From Torpedo marmorata (lineage: Eukaryota): 64,000 nt of DNA. The stretch covers positions 59,458,001 through 59,522,000 of the forward strand of contig OZ360226.1 in NCBI GenBank assembly GCA_977017645.1. Reading direction: 5' to 3'. Every line of letters begins with the position of its first letter. Within the stretch, counting starts at the first letter, position 1. Positions 33,180-45,300 of the stretch are shown piece after piece. A program made the position numbers and the translations under genes. The notes below the pieces were generated by a model. It saw only the letters and a list, made by a program, of their open reading frames with translations. It did no database searches and was not told the origin of the DNA.

Positions 33180-36100
33180 ATGGCCGCAGCAGCCACTGAT
33201 ACAGCAGCTACTGATATATCAGCAGCTGACGCAGCAACCGCTGATGTTGCTGTTGAGGACCAACGTATTGAAGACATGAAGGTTGCGGATATTAAAGAAG
33301 AATTGAAGCGACTGAAAAGGGACATAAGTGGAAATAAAAAGGTTCTTATCGAAAGATTGAAGCAGGCAAAGGATGAAGAGGCAGCTTCATTAAATGAACA
33401 AGAGGATAACTTGAAAATGGCTGAAATTGTGTCACCAAATGTTGAAGAAATTGAAGTGGTTGAAAATGCAAAGGATATACAATTTGAATTGGATAAAGAG
33501 GTAAGTATGAAGACAACATATGAACTGCAGGACGAAATACAAGCAAGTGACAGTGTCTCAAATGCTGAAAGCAGGAGAAGCAAAAGAAGTTCTGGTTCGA
33601 GCTCCAGAGTTTCTCGTACTTCAAGTTCTGCGTCATCACGTACAAAGATTAATGTTAAATTGGCCGCTCTTCTTGCACAACAAAAAACGCTTAAGGATAA
33701 ATATATTTTGGAAGAAGAGGAGGAGCAGCTAAGACAAAAGGAGGAGCAGCTAAAGGAGCAGCTAAAGGAGCAGCTAAGACAAAATGAGAAGCAGCTAATG
33801 GAGCAGCTAAGACAAGAGAAGGAGCAGCTAAGGAAGAGAAAAGAACAGCAGGAGCTGGAAGCAAACATTGCTATTGCCAAGGCAGAAAAGAAAGCAATAG
33901 AAGGCTCAATGGTATCTGGTGTTAGCAGTAAATCATCTAAATTGTCTGATAATAAAAGGTCATATTTAAAAAAGGAGTCACAGGAAAAGAAACCAACCAA
34001 AAGGATAGATATTTTAGAACCAAGGATACAAAACTTACATATACAAGGACAAACCTTTCAAGAGCATATTGGTATCGAGTCACATGTACCAATAATAACA
34101 TCTGAAAGCAAAGCTGCGGCTTGGGTTCGGTCGAACGAAGTAGCTTCTTTGTTATATGAGTCGAGCATCAGAAATGTGGAAGAAACTACACCATTGAGGT
34201 TTCCAGATACATTGCATGCAACAAGAGACGGTGAACAGAGCAATGTATTGTCGTCCAAGGAAAGACAAAATGAAATTGCTGCATCATTGTTTCAGTTACA
34301 GTCTCTCTCTTCTTTACCCAAGAAAGAGATACAAACTTTTGATGGTGATCCACTTCAATATCAATCATTTATGAGATCTTTCAAACGCAATATTGAAGAT
34401 AAATGCCAAGATCGAGATGAATGTCTTTATTATTTGGAAATGTTCACAAAGGGACATCCAAAAGAACTGGTAAAAAGTTGTAACCAAATGTCTTCAGGAA
34501 GAGGATTAGATAAAGCTAAGGATTTATTGGAACAATATTTTGGCAACAAACATCGAATTGCTTTAGCTTATATGGATAAAGCTCTTAAATGGACATCAAT
34601 AAAACAAAATGATGTAAAGGCTTTGCAAGAATATACTTTGTTTTTAAGAGGATGTTGTAATGCTATGGAAGAAATCGATGGTATTCGTGAGCTTGATGTG
34701 CATAGTAATATGCGAATCATTTTAGAAAAATTACCTTACAAGGTATGGGATAGATGGAGAAATTTGGCTTGTGATTTACAAGTAAATTATGGTCGAAGAA
34801 TTACTTTAAAGGATTTGGTAAATTTTCTTGAACGACAAGTGTATGTTGAAACAGATCCACTATATGGAAATACCAGAGATAATTCAATGAGCAAAGATGT
34901 AAGGAAGTCTAATTCACAGTCTAGTCCGAAAGTGAAAAGGAGTACTTTTGCTACTAATGTGCAAGTTATAAGTAAAGAAAAGGACAAAATAAATAAGGAA
35001 AAGGAAAGTTTGCCTAATGAAAAGAGTTGTTTGTTCTGTAAAGGTGGACATGCTTTGGAAATGTGTTTACAATTGGAAAGGAAGGAACATAAAGAAAGGA
35101 TCGCTTTCTTAAAGGAAAATGGAATATGTTTTAGCTGTCTGTGTAAAGGGCACATCAGTAAAAACTGCGAGAAGCAAATTAATTGTGACATATGCAATTT
35201 TAAACATCCTAGAATTTTGCATATCCATAACAGAAACAAGGAATTGGAAAAGGAGCAAACAGAAACAAAGGAAACAACAGAAAATAATGTTATAACCTCG
35301 GTTCAGACAAGTAGTGGTCTTACTGGGGCCGGGGTGAATAACTGCAAACTATCAATAGTGCCTGTACAAGTTAAGGCCAAGAAAGGGGATGCAATAGTAA
35401 AAACATATGCATTTCTAGACCCAGGTAGCACTGCATCTTTTTGCACGGAAGGACTAATGAATAAACTTAATATTCAAGGAAGAAAATCAAGAATTATGTT
35501 AAAAACCATGGGACAAGAAAAGGTTGTTGAAACTAACATTGTTTCAGGCTTAGAGGTTGCTGGATTGGATGACAAAAAATTTTGTGATCTTCCAAGTGTA
35601 TATACTCAAAAGACTATGCCTGTGAACGAAGGAAATATTCCTCATCAAAGTGATATCCATCATTTAGCTTATCTGTGGAAGGTTTATTTACCTGAAATTA
35701 ATTCTGAGGTAGAAATGCTGATTGGTTCAGATGTGCCAAAGGTTTTGGTACCAAAAGAAGTAATAGAAAGTAAAAGGAATGGACCTTACGCTATTAGAAC
35801 CATACTTGGTTGGGCAATCAATGGACCAATGGAAAGAAATAATGATATTGCTCAGGCACAGGTAGCGATAAATGTTAATAAAATTTCAATTGAGAAAGTT
35901 GAAGAGTTAAGAGAAGAGCAAAAAACCGTGAATAAGAAAATCACTTATGAAGAAAAGAAAACAGATCAATGTAACAATAAATCAGTGGTATTTAAAACAA
36001 CATTGAAGAAATTAATTTCGTCAGAAATGGATGAAAGTGAAGTATTAGAAGATATTGCAAATAATACTATTGATCATTCATGTGTAATTGAATCAGATAC

Positions 36101-36944
36101 AGGAATAAAACAAGTGACTGAAAACAAATCTGAATGTAGATTTTATAGTTCAGAGATTACAACAGACAAAGCTAATGAAGAAATATTACAATGTGATGTA
36201 AAACTGGAAAACACAGAAAATTGTGCTGATGGAATAAAGAATAATGTGAATGATAATTCAATGCAATTGAATCCAGAGAACAAAATGTTGAAAGGGGAAT
36301 TGGAAATATTAGATAATCAAGAAAACAGTAAACAGAAAGATTTAATTGTAAGTAAAACTCGCAAAGTCAGAAAGCGGAAGAAAAGAATAACGGCTGAAGA
36401 AATGAATACAGTTATCGAAGAAAGAGATTCAGCATTATCAAAATGTAAAAGGTTGGAGGAAGAGATTAATGTTTTAAAAGAGAACAAGTTATTGGTTAAT
36501 AACACAAAACAATTAACAATACAGAAAGAATGTGATATTGCATTGCAGAAATGTAACAAACAAGATGAAGAAATTAAAAAATTTCAAGTTTGTCGCAACA
36601 GGATTGACAATGGAAATATCAATGTATCAAATGATATTTTGACTTCAGATCAAATTATTAATTTCTCGGAAAGAACTGAGACTGAATTGAAAGTTGCAAA
36701 ATTGGATTTAGAATTGCAGGAAAGAGCAATAGAAACCAGAGTGGTTAAACAGACCTGTTTGAAGTCGAAAGAATCAGATAAATATTCAAATTCTAATTCT
36801 AAGAGTTTAAATTCTTCACATGAGAAGTGGAATACTGAAGAAAGGAATAAAGTGAAACGACGTGCTGAAGAAGTGCCTTGTGTTAAATTCAAAAGAAAAA
36901 CTGTATCTATTTTGTCTGAGGAGGATTTGGGGTTTACTGGTTAA
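33180..36944 (+). CDS. SAP domain - coiled coil - BEL Gag - 3 zinc knuckles - aspartic protease - MIPOL1-like C-terminal extension
   Basis: ATG in aaaATGG context; SAP MKVADIKEELKRLKRDISGNKKVLIERL; FDGDP (DUF1759-like); CLFC/CFSC/CDIC knuckles; AFLDPGS protease; GPYAIRTILGW; no RT (YxDD), RNaseH or IN core. Confidence 0.9.
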   Translation: MAAAATDTAATDISAADAATADVAVEDQRIEDMKVADIKEELKRLKRDISGNKKVLIERLKQAKDEEAASLNEQEDNLKMAEIVSPNVEEIEVVENAKDIQFELDKEVSMKTTYELQDEIQASDSVSNAESRRSKRSSGSSSRVSRTSSSASSRTKINVKLAALLAQQKTLKDKYILEEEEEQLRQKEEQLKEQLKEQLRQNEKQLMEQLRQEKEQLRKRKEQQELEANIAIAKAEKKAIEGSMVSGVSSKSSKLSDNKRSYLKKESQEKKPTKRIDILEPRIQNLHIQGQTFQEHIGIESHVPIITSESKAAAWVRSNEVASLLYESSIRNVEETTPLRFPDTLHATRDGEQSNVLSSKERQNEIAASLFQLQSLSSLPKKEIQTFDGDPLQYQSFMRSFKRNIEDKCQDRDECLYYLEMFTKGHPKELVKSCNQMSSGRGLDKAKDLLEQYFGNKHRIALAYMDKALKWTSIKQNDVKALQEYTLFLRGCCNAMEEIDGIRELDVHSNMRIILEKLPYKVWDRWRNLACDLQVNYGRRITLKDLVNFLERQVYVETDPLYGNTRDNSMSKDVRKSNSQSSPKVKRSTFATNVQVISKEKDKINKEKESLPNEKSCLFCKGGHALEMCLQLERKEHKERIAFLKENGICFSCLCKGHISKNCEKQINCDICNFKHPRILHIHNRNKELEKEQTETKETTENNVITSVQTSSGLTGAGVNNCKLSIVPVQVKAKKGDAIVKTYAFLDPGSTASFCTEGLMNKLNIQGRKSRIMLKTMGQEKVVETNIVSGLEVAGLDDKKFCDLPSVYTQKTMPVNEGNIPHQSDIHHLAYLWKVYLPEINSEVEMLIGSDVPKVLVPKEVIESKRNGPYAIRTILGWAINGPMERNNDIAQAQVAINVNKISIEKVEELREEQKTVNKKITYEEKKTDQCNNKSVVFKTTLKKLISSEMDESEVLEDIANNTIDHSCVIESDTGIKQVTENKSECRFYSSEITTDKANEEILQCDVKLENTENCADGIKNNVNDNSMQLNPENKMLKGELEILDNQENSKQKDLIVSKTRKVRKRKKRITAEEMNTVIEERDSALSKCKRLEEEINVLKENKLLVNNTKQLTIQKECDIALQKCNKQDEEIKKFQVCRNRIDNGNINVSNDILTSDQIINFSERTETELKVAKLDLELQERAIETRVVKQTCLKSKESDKYSNSNSKSLNSSHEKWNTEERNKVKRRAEEVPCVKFKRKTVSILSEEDLGFTG
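36260..36760 (+). other. MIPOL1: Captured host-gene-like segment (MIPOL1 coiled coil)
   Basis: RITAEEMNTVIEERDSALSKCKRLEEEI and KLDLELQERAIETRVVKQT resemble vertebrate MIPOL1 segments as recalled from memory; not database-checked. Confidence 0.7.
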
Positions 36945-36979
36945 CGTTTTGACTCGGATTGTGAAGATGGAAGAACTTT

Positions 36980-37165
36980 AAAGAGACATTGTGATTGTTA
37001 TGGATGGTTCAACTTCAAGAAATTCCTGGTTACTTGGAAAAGATTATTGAGACTTTTCAAGACAAAGAGGACTTGTGCGTCAAGTGCGAATTAAAACTAA
37101 GACTGGTTTTTCTAAACAGACCTATTAACAAGGTCTGCCTTTTGTTGGAGACAGAGGAACTTTGA
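36980..37165 (+). pseudogene. Frameshifted BEL integrase C-terminal (DUF5641-like) remnant
   Basis: DIVIVMDGSTSRNSWLLGKIIETF / GLVRQVRIKTKTG / RPINKVCLLLE in shifting frames. Confidence 0.8.
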
Positions 37166-38913
37166 TAAATATAAACTGACTTTATTTGTTGTATATTTCA
37201 CAGGTTACAGACTTTTGTTGAATCAGAGTTATGGTAAACTCTAGATTTATGAAGAAGGAAGAAAGAAGATTTGTATTGTTTTGAATGTTATGGTTATTAT
37301 TATTTATAGTGTAATTATTATTCAAGACATTACGTCTAATTATAATAATTAGGGGCCGGTGTAAGAGCCGTAGGCTCGTTAACTTACCGTTGTTGCGGCG
37401 CTCCGATGTCTCGTCGGGCCTTGGAGCGCTCGCGTTGTTATGTAGGCCGTCCTCGGAGCGCTCCGATGCCACGTCGGGCCATGGAGCGCTCGCGTTGTTC
37501 TGTAGGCCGCCGTCGGCCCGTTTCTTTGATCTGCGCATGCGCGGGAGTGCCGACGGACGCATGCGCAGTATGGAGTGACGTCATTGTGCGCGTGGGAGGC
37601 TGGGAATTGTAGTATGCGCGGTGGAGGGTGCGCAGAGCCATTAGGAGTGACGGAGGATGCGCAAATCAAGTATAGAGAGAGAATAAAGGAAAGGAAAAGA
37701 TGTATGGAGGGTTAGTCTGGTCTCCACATCTTTATTGACCGTTTTTATATCGTTTTATATCGTTTTATAATGTTTTTATAACTTCAACATCATCTACAGT
37801 GTTTCATATCGTTTTGGAATTGTTTAAGGAATAATTTAAAGGAACTCATCATACATCGTTTACAAGAACTGTTTGTATTAAAGTCATTGAAGATTACTGC
37901 AAGTCATGTGTGAAAATAAAGGTTTTTGAACATATTGGACTTTGTTAGTAAATTAATTAAAACGCGTCAAAAGCAAGGACCACACTTAGCCTCCAGGTGA
38001 CTATTGGTGGAGCGAAGTCACCGTTACTTATACCTTGTTTAGAAGTTCCTTTTTGTAGTAAGGTATACATGGCTGAAGTAAATTTCTTTGTATGTCTATT
38101 CCGAATCAAAATTTCGATATCACTAGGTTTTGTTAATAACATTGTTGGGCCTAATTTATCTCTTAAATATGCTCTTAACTGAAAATAACAAAAAAAATGT
38201 ATTATTTTGTATTCCATATTTATTTCTTAATTGTTCAAATGACATTAATTTAGCATGCAAGGGATTTGAACAATTACTTGGCTTTGAAACAGACTTCAGA
38301 TTCCCAGGCATCCATCAGGAAAAGTTCAAGTAAAATAAATTTTCTCTGACTATGAGATCATTTTGAATCAATTGGATAAAATGTAAAATCTTTTCTTGTC
38401 TCTATTTTACCCAAATAGATAGTTGAGAAATCTTCAATGGGTGAGCAGACCTGGATTATTCAGAGCTGTTGAGATATCACTCTTTATTCAGCCACTGCTA
38501 GTTAGGTAATTCCTACTTCTGATTTGTAAGTGAGTTTAGCCCAGAATAAATATGAATGGCATATGTTGCTTTATGGCATAGAAGTTGCTTTTGGATCACT
38601 GGTAAAATATTATAATGCAAACAACTTGTATTTATAGAGAGTGTTCAATTGTATCAAATTTTCCGAAGTATTTCTTGGCTGCAGTTAACAGATTTTCCCT
38701 CAGCAATATTAGGACAGGGTAGGTTATAAAGAGAGTTATAAAGGAGATGGAGAGGTTTAGAGAAAGATTTTCAAAGGTTAGGCCAAGCCAATTGAAAACA
38801 CAGCTGTAATTATGGCAGTGAGGGATATTAGGGGTGCACCAGGGGCCAGGACTGGCATAGCATGGAGTTCTCAGTGGATTTTAGGTTGAAGGAGGTACCA
38901 GAATGGTGTAAGA

Positions 38914-38988
38914 CAGTGGTGCTCTGTGGTTAGTAAGGGATTACTTAAGGGTGGTATGTGAGTGGAAAAAAAAGATTAAGAACCACTG
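38914..38988. mobile_element. Internally deleted hAT-Charlie-like MITE
   Basis: cagtggt...accactg termini; flanks gtgtaaga/tggtaaga; same family as 42385 and 46940. Confidence 0.7.
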
Positions 38989-39252
38989 TGGTAAGACGAT
39001 GGAGAGATTTGAAAGCAAAGAGTTTTAAAATCTAGGTACTGCCAGATCAGAGGAGAATAAGATCAAATAATGAAGAAGACTTAGAGAGTTAACACATGGA
39101 CAGGTTGGAGTATACAAGTAGAGCTACAAGTCAGGAAGACATTGGAATCATTGGAAGCAACAGGCCGGCTAAGTGTTTCAGCAGGAAGGGAACCAAGGCA
39201 GGAGGTGGAACAATAGTAATGTTTCATTGTAGAAGTAAATGATCTTAATGTT

Positions 39253-41839
39253 TTTTTTTGTTTTTTTTTTAATTTTTATTATTTTATTTAAATTTTTGAA
39301 TCACAAAATACATAGATTAAAATGTATAGCTTTCAAAATACATGTGATATATATTTTCTCCCCCCGTACCCACCCTCCCTTCCCAAACCCCCCCCCATCC
39401 CCACTATTCTAATAAAATAAAATAAAAATATATAATAAAAAAATATAAAGTATAGTAAAAAAGAAAGAAGAAAAAGATAGAATAATAGTGAGGGGAGAAC
39501 CATCTACAAACTAATTCTATCATGGAGGTTAAACTCGCCAGTAGACCTGATATCTAGAGATTTTCAAATCGTTAAACCCAGAACTCTCATATATGGGCTC
39601 CAAATTTTCAAAAAAGAATGATACTTATTGCGTAAATTATAAGTAATCTTTTCTAATGAACGAAGTTCAGCATGCCACCTTTCTAAACTTAAATCTAAAT
39701 CTGATTTCCAAGTAATAGCAATGCATTTTTTTGAAACGGCTAAAGCAATTCGTAAAAATTCTACCTGATACATATTCAATCTATTCCTAATAATAAATTT
39801 TCTAATATCTCCAAATAAAAATAACATAGGATCCATTGGAAACATAACATTGAAAACGCTATCTAAAAAATTCTTAACTTTCAACCAAAAATCTTGAATT
39901 TTTGGACATAACCATGTAGAGTGAACAAAAGAACCTACTTCACTCTTACATCTAAAACACAAATCTGATAATGTCGGATTAAATTTCTTTAACTTTTTTG
40001 GTGTTAAATATAATTGATGGAAAAAATTATATTGTACTAATCTATATCTAACATTAATAACTTTAGTCATACTTAATTTACATAAATCTTTCCAATGATT
40101 TTCAGCTATATTAACATTTAAATCTAATTCCCATTTTAATCTTGATTTATGTAATCCTACTTTAGGCATTTTTCTCTGAAATAATTTATACATTTGAGAA
40201 ATAAACTTATTGACATTTGGTTTAGTTATTAATAATTCTAACTCATTTTGTCTTGGTGCAATCAAATCATCCCCTAATTTCTCAATCAAAAAAGCTTTAA
40301 CTTGATAATAAGATAACCATGTATTATCTAATACATTAAATTTTTCCTTCAATCTTTGAAACGTAACAAATCTTCCAGCTTCAAAACAATCCTTAAAATT
40401 CTTAATTCCTTTTTGAAACCATAATTTCAATAACTGATTATTAATAGTAAATGGTAAAAGTGGATTTTGATATAATGGCATATTTAAAGAAATTGACCCT
40501 TTTCCACCTATTTCTTTATCTACTTGTGTCCATATTTCCAACAAATGTTTAATAATCGGTGAATTTTTCTTTTTTACTGATAATAATTTAGAGTTCCACT
40601 TATAAATAATATCCTCTTTATAATTTTCTCCTATATTATTTAATTCTATATTAATACAAGCTGAAGATTTAGCTAAATCAAAAAATTCATTAACAAATTT
40701 TAATTGAGCTGCTTTATAATAATATTGAAAATTAGGAAGTTGCAATCCTCCCATCTCATAATTCCATGTTAATTTATCCATACTTACTCTTGCTAACTTC
40801 CCTTTCCATAAAAATTTCCTAATAATAAACTTTAAATCTTTAAAAAAAATTTTTGGAATTCCAAAAGGAATTGATTGAAAAAGATATTGAATTCTTGGAA
40901 AAATATTCATCTTAATACAATTTACTCTTCCCATTAAAGTTATAGGCAAATCGTTCCAATTTTCCAAGTCTTTCTTTATTTTCATAAATAAAGGTACATA
41001 ATTTAATTTATACAAATTTTCTAATTTTGTATCCACTTTAACTCACAAATATTTGATTCCTTCTTTTGCCCACTTAAATTCCGTGACCTCTCTACATCTA
41101 GTATAATCACCTTGAGATAAAGCCATTATCTCACTTTTATCTGAATTAATTTTATAACCAGATATTTCACCATATTCTGTTAATATAATAGCTAGTTGTT
41201 GAAGTGATGCAATAGATTTTGTCATATATATTAATACATCATCTGCAAACAGACTAATCTTATGTTCTTCCATACCTACTTTAATCCCTACTATGTTAGG
41301 ATCTTTTCTAATCAATTCAGCCAAAGGTTCTATTGCCAAAACAAATAGGGCTGGTGACAGGGGACATCCCTGCCTCGTAGGACGCGTTAAAGGAAATTTT
41401 GGTGATATTTGTCCATTTGTAATTACTTTAGCTGTAGGTTCTCTATATATAGTTTTAATCCAATTTATAAAAGTATTCCCAAAACCAAATTTCTCTAACA
41501 CCTTAAATAAAAAATTCCATTCTAATCTGTCAAAAGCCTTTTCTGCATCCAGCGTTACAACCAATGGTAAGTCCTGTTTCTTTTATATAAATTAATTAAA
41601 CTTATTAATCTAGCTATATTGTCTTTTGAATATCTATTTTTAATAAAGCCAGCTTGATCTGGATGTATCAAATTTGGTAAATATTTAGCTATTCTGTTTG
41701 CCAAAATTTTTGCCATTATTTTATAGTCTACATTTAACAAAGAAATAGGTCTGTATGTCTCAGTTTTTAATACATCTCTATCTTTCTTTGGTATAACTGT
41801 GATAATAGCATTCAAAAATGTTTTCGGTAATAAATGGGT
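39253..41839 (-). mobile_element. 5'-truncated L1-clade LINE (RT to 3' poly-A)
   Basis: YRPISLLNVDYK, DAEKAFD, RQGCPLSP, LFADD; 17-bp TSD taaatgatcttaatgtt at 39236-39252 and 41840-41856. Confidence 0.95.
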
Positions 41840-42384
41840 TAAATGATCTTAATGTTAATGTAAATCCATTCTGAAGCTCTATTCAGGATCAAATCAGACT
41901 GTGAACAGTTTGACCAGTGAATGAGAGAAGAATGGAGATAGTGGCTGTGAAATTGAAATTGTAGTAGTTCTGAAATCAAAGGCTTAGATCTTCTAAATAT
42001 ATATTTAGAGGAAATGTCTGCTCAGCTATGACTGGAATTTGGAAGGAATGTGACAAATTAAAGGTGGTGGAGTGGCTGAGAGGGACGGAGATGAATTTTC
42101 CCTCGTGAAAATTATTTTTCCTCTCTTTAACCCTTGGGTCTTTAATGATTATTTCAATTATTTCAGTATTTTACTAAGAAGATGCATTTGAATTATTGGC
42201 TTATTCCCCATTATTATTTCCACAGAATGGTTATCAAAGGTACAGATGTTTACCTAAGCTACTCACTGTTTAAGTTCTAAATCTGTTTTTATATTGCTTG
42301 CAAGCTTGCCTTCATAATGTATTTATTGCATTTACTTTTCGGTCATTTTTTTCTGGTATGTAAAATGTTTCCAATCTTCCAGCT

Positions 42385-45300
42385 CAGTGGTTCTCATCCT
42401 TTTTTTCCCCACTCACATACCACCTTAAGTAATCCCTTTAATTGTTGTTTAGATCCAATAATGGGTAAAGCATCAAGATCAGTTGTTAAAACTAAAATTG
42501 CTAAAAGAGTTCTCACTTTGATGAAAGATTTAAATTTAATAGATATTTGGAGAAAAATGAATCCTAGAGAAAAAGATTATTCTTTTTATTCTTTTAGACA
42601 TGATTCATATTCTAGGATAGATTTATTTTTATTGTCTTCACAGGTTCAAGACAGAATAACACAAGCATCTTATAAAGCGAGAATAATTTCTGATCATTCA
42701 CCTTTATTAATATCTTGTATAATTCCAGAAAAATGGAAAACTGTATATAGCTGGAGATTTAATTCTTCTTTATTAAAAAGAAGGGATTTTTGTGATTATA
42801 TGAGAAGGGAAATTCAGGAATTTTTACAAATAAATTCTAATTCCACTGATAATAAATTTATTATTTGGGAAGCTTTAAAGGCTTATTTAAGAGGTCAAAT
42901 AATAAGTTATTCAGCTAAAATTAAGAAGGATTATCTTCGGGAGGTAGACAATTTAGAGAAGGAGATTGAATATTTGGAAAAAGATTTGCAAAAAAATAGA
43001 TCAGATCAAAAAAGGAATAATCTAGTTGGAAAAAAGTGCATTATAATTTATTACAAACATAAAAAATGGAAAAATTAATTGAAAGAACTAAACAAAGATA
43101 TTATGAATTAGGGGAAAGAGCACATAATGTTTTGGCATGGCAATTAAAAAAGATCAAACTTCTAGAACTATAAATGCTATAAAAAAAAGAATTCTAGGGA
43201 AATAACGTATAAACCTCGAGAAATAAATGATTCTTTTAAAGATTATTATTTGAATTTATATAAATCTCAGATTGATCAAGATTATTCTAAAATTAATAGA
43301 TTCTTATCTAAAATTACATTACCTAAATTAAATATTCAAAGCAGAGATTTTTTGGATTTGCCTTTCTCAATGAGGGAAGTTAATGAGGTTCTTACTTCTT
43401 TAACGAGTGGTAAATATCCAGGGGAAGATGGTTTTCCATCTGAATTTTATAAAGAGTTTAAAGATCTAATGATACCTCCGTATATGGATGTATTGAAACA
43501 AATTACGGAAACTCATTCGTTACAGGATACATTTTTGAATGCAATAATTACAGTTATATCTAAAAAAGATAGAGACGTGTTGAAAACAGAATCATATAGA
43601 CCTATTTCATTGTTAAATGTAGACTATAAGATAATGGCAAAAATTTTAGCAAATAGAATGGCTAATTATTTACCAGACTTAATTCATGTAGATCAAGCTG
43701 GTTTTATTAAAAATAGATATTCAAAAGATAATACAGCTAGATTAATTAGTTTAATTAATGTGCATAAAAAGAAGGAAGATTTACCATTAGTATTAACGCT
43801 AGATGCTGAAAAGGCTTTTGATAGATTAGAGTGGAATTTTTTATTTAAGGTATTGGAGAAATTTGGTTTTGGAACTACATTTATTAATTGGATTAAAACT
43901 ATATATAAAGAACCATCTGCTAAAGTAGTTACAAATGGACAAATTTCTTCAAGATTTCCCCTGACTAGATCTACTAGACAAGGATGTCCTTTGTCACCAG
44001 CGTTATTTATTTTGGCGATAGAACCTTTGGCAGAATTAGTTAGAAAAGATGTTAAAATTGTAGGTATTAAAGTTGGAACGGAAGAACATAAAATTAGTTT
44101 ATTTGCAGATGATGTATTGATATATATGACAAAACCTATTACATCTTTAGTACAATTGTCTGCTTTATTGAGAGAATATGGGGAAATATCTGGATATAAG
44201 ATTAATTCTGATAAAAGTGAAATTATGGCATTAACGCAAGGGGATTATAGTAAATGTAAAGAAATTACACAATTTAAATGGTCAAAAGAAGGAATTAAAT
44301 ATTTGGGAATAAAGATTGATACAAAATTGGCTAATTTATATAAATTAAATTATTTACCATTGTTTATAAAAATTAAAAAAGATTTAGAAAATTGGAAAGA
44401 TTTACCTATAACTTTAATGGGAAGGGTAAGTTGTATTAAAATGAATGTTTTTCCAAGAATTCAATATCTTTTTCAATAATTCCTTAAAATTTTTTTAAAG
44501 ATTTAAATTCAATTATTAGGAAGTTTTTATGGAAAGGAAAGTTGGCAAGGGTAGGTAGAGAAAAATTAACTTGGAATTATGAAATGGGTGGTTTACAACT
44601 TCCTAATTTTCAAAATTATTATAAAGCAGCTCAATTAAAATTTGTTAATGAATTTTTTTATTTAACTAAATCTTCTGCTTGGATTAGAATAGAATTAAAT
44701 AATATAGGAGAAGATTCTAAAGAAGAAGTTATTTATAAATGGGTTTCTAAATTAATCTCAACAAGAAGAAAACATTCTCCTATTCTTAAACATTTGTTAG
44801 AAATATGGAATAAGACGTATAAGGAAATAGGAGGAAAAGGATCGATTTCTCCAAAGATGCATTTATATCAAAATGAACTTATTCGATTTACTATTAATAA
44901 TCAATTATTTAAAATTAGGTTTCAAAAAGGAATTAAGAAAATAAATAACTGTTTTCAAGCTGGGAAATTTATTACTTTTCAAAGAATGAAAGATAAATTT
45001 AATATATTGGATAATACACTTTTTGCTTATTATCAAATTAGAGCATTTTTGTTTGGGAAATTAGGTTATAGTTTGATCTTACCAAGACAGAATGAATTAG
45101 AATTATTAGTTACTAAAGGAGATGTAAATAAATTTATTTCTCAAATGTATAGATTGTTTCAGAGAAAAACTCCTAAAATAGGAATTCATAAATCAAGATT
45201 AAAGTGGGAATTAGTTTTAATGTAACAATAGAAGAAAATCATTGGAAAGAATTATGTAAATTAAGTATGACGAAGATTATTAATGTTAGATATAGATTAG

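Larger units (their letters stand above)
32061..38032 (+). mobile_element. Young non-autonomous BEL/Pao LTR retrotransposon
   Basis: 673-bp LTRs 32061-32733 and 37360-38032 (one difference seen); perfect 5-bp TSD ccttg; PPT aggggccgg. Confidence 0.96.
30525..38254 (-). mobile_element. 5'-truncated L1-clade LINE split by two BEL-family insertions
   Basis: ORF2 C-terminus (CFRC..HSTWSC, EKIIY) in pieces 30525-30971, 31577-32060 and 38033-38254; 13-bp TSD atgcaagggattt at 30512-30524 and 38255-38267. Confidence 0.9.
38615..42090 (-). mobile_element. Ancient L2-like LINE 3' relic, split by a MITE and an L1
   Basis: aacaacttgtatttatag start and degenerate purine-rich continuation typical of L2 3' ends. 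Confidence 0.4.

Noticed and set aside
33074-34000. 308-aa antisense ORF
   Set aside because: It is the shadow of the repetitive Glu/Lys-rich coding strand of the BEL ORF.
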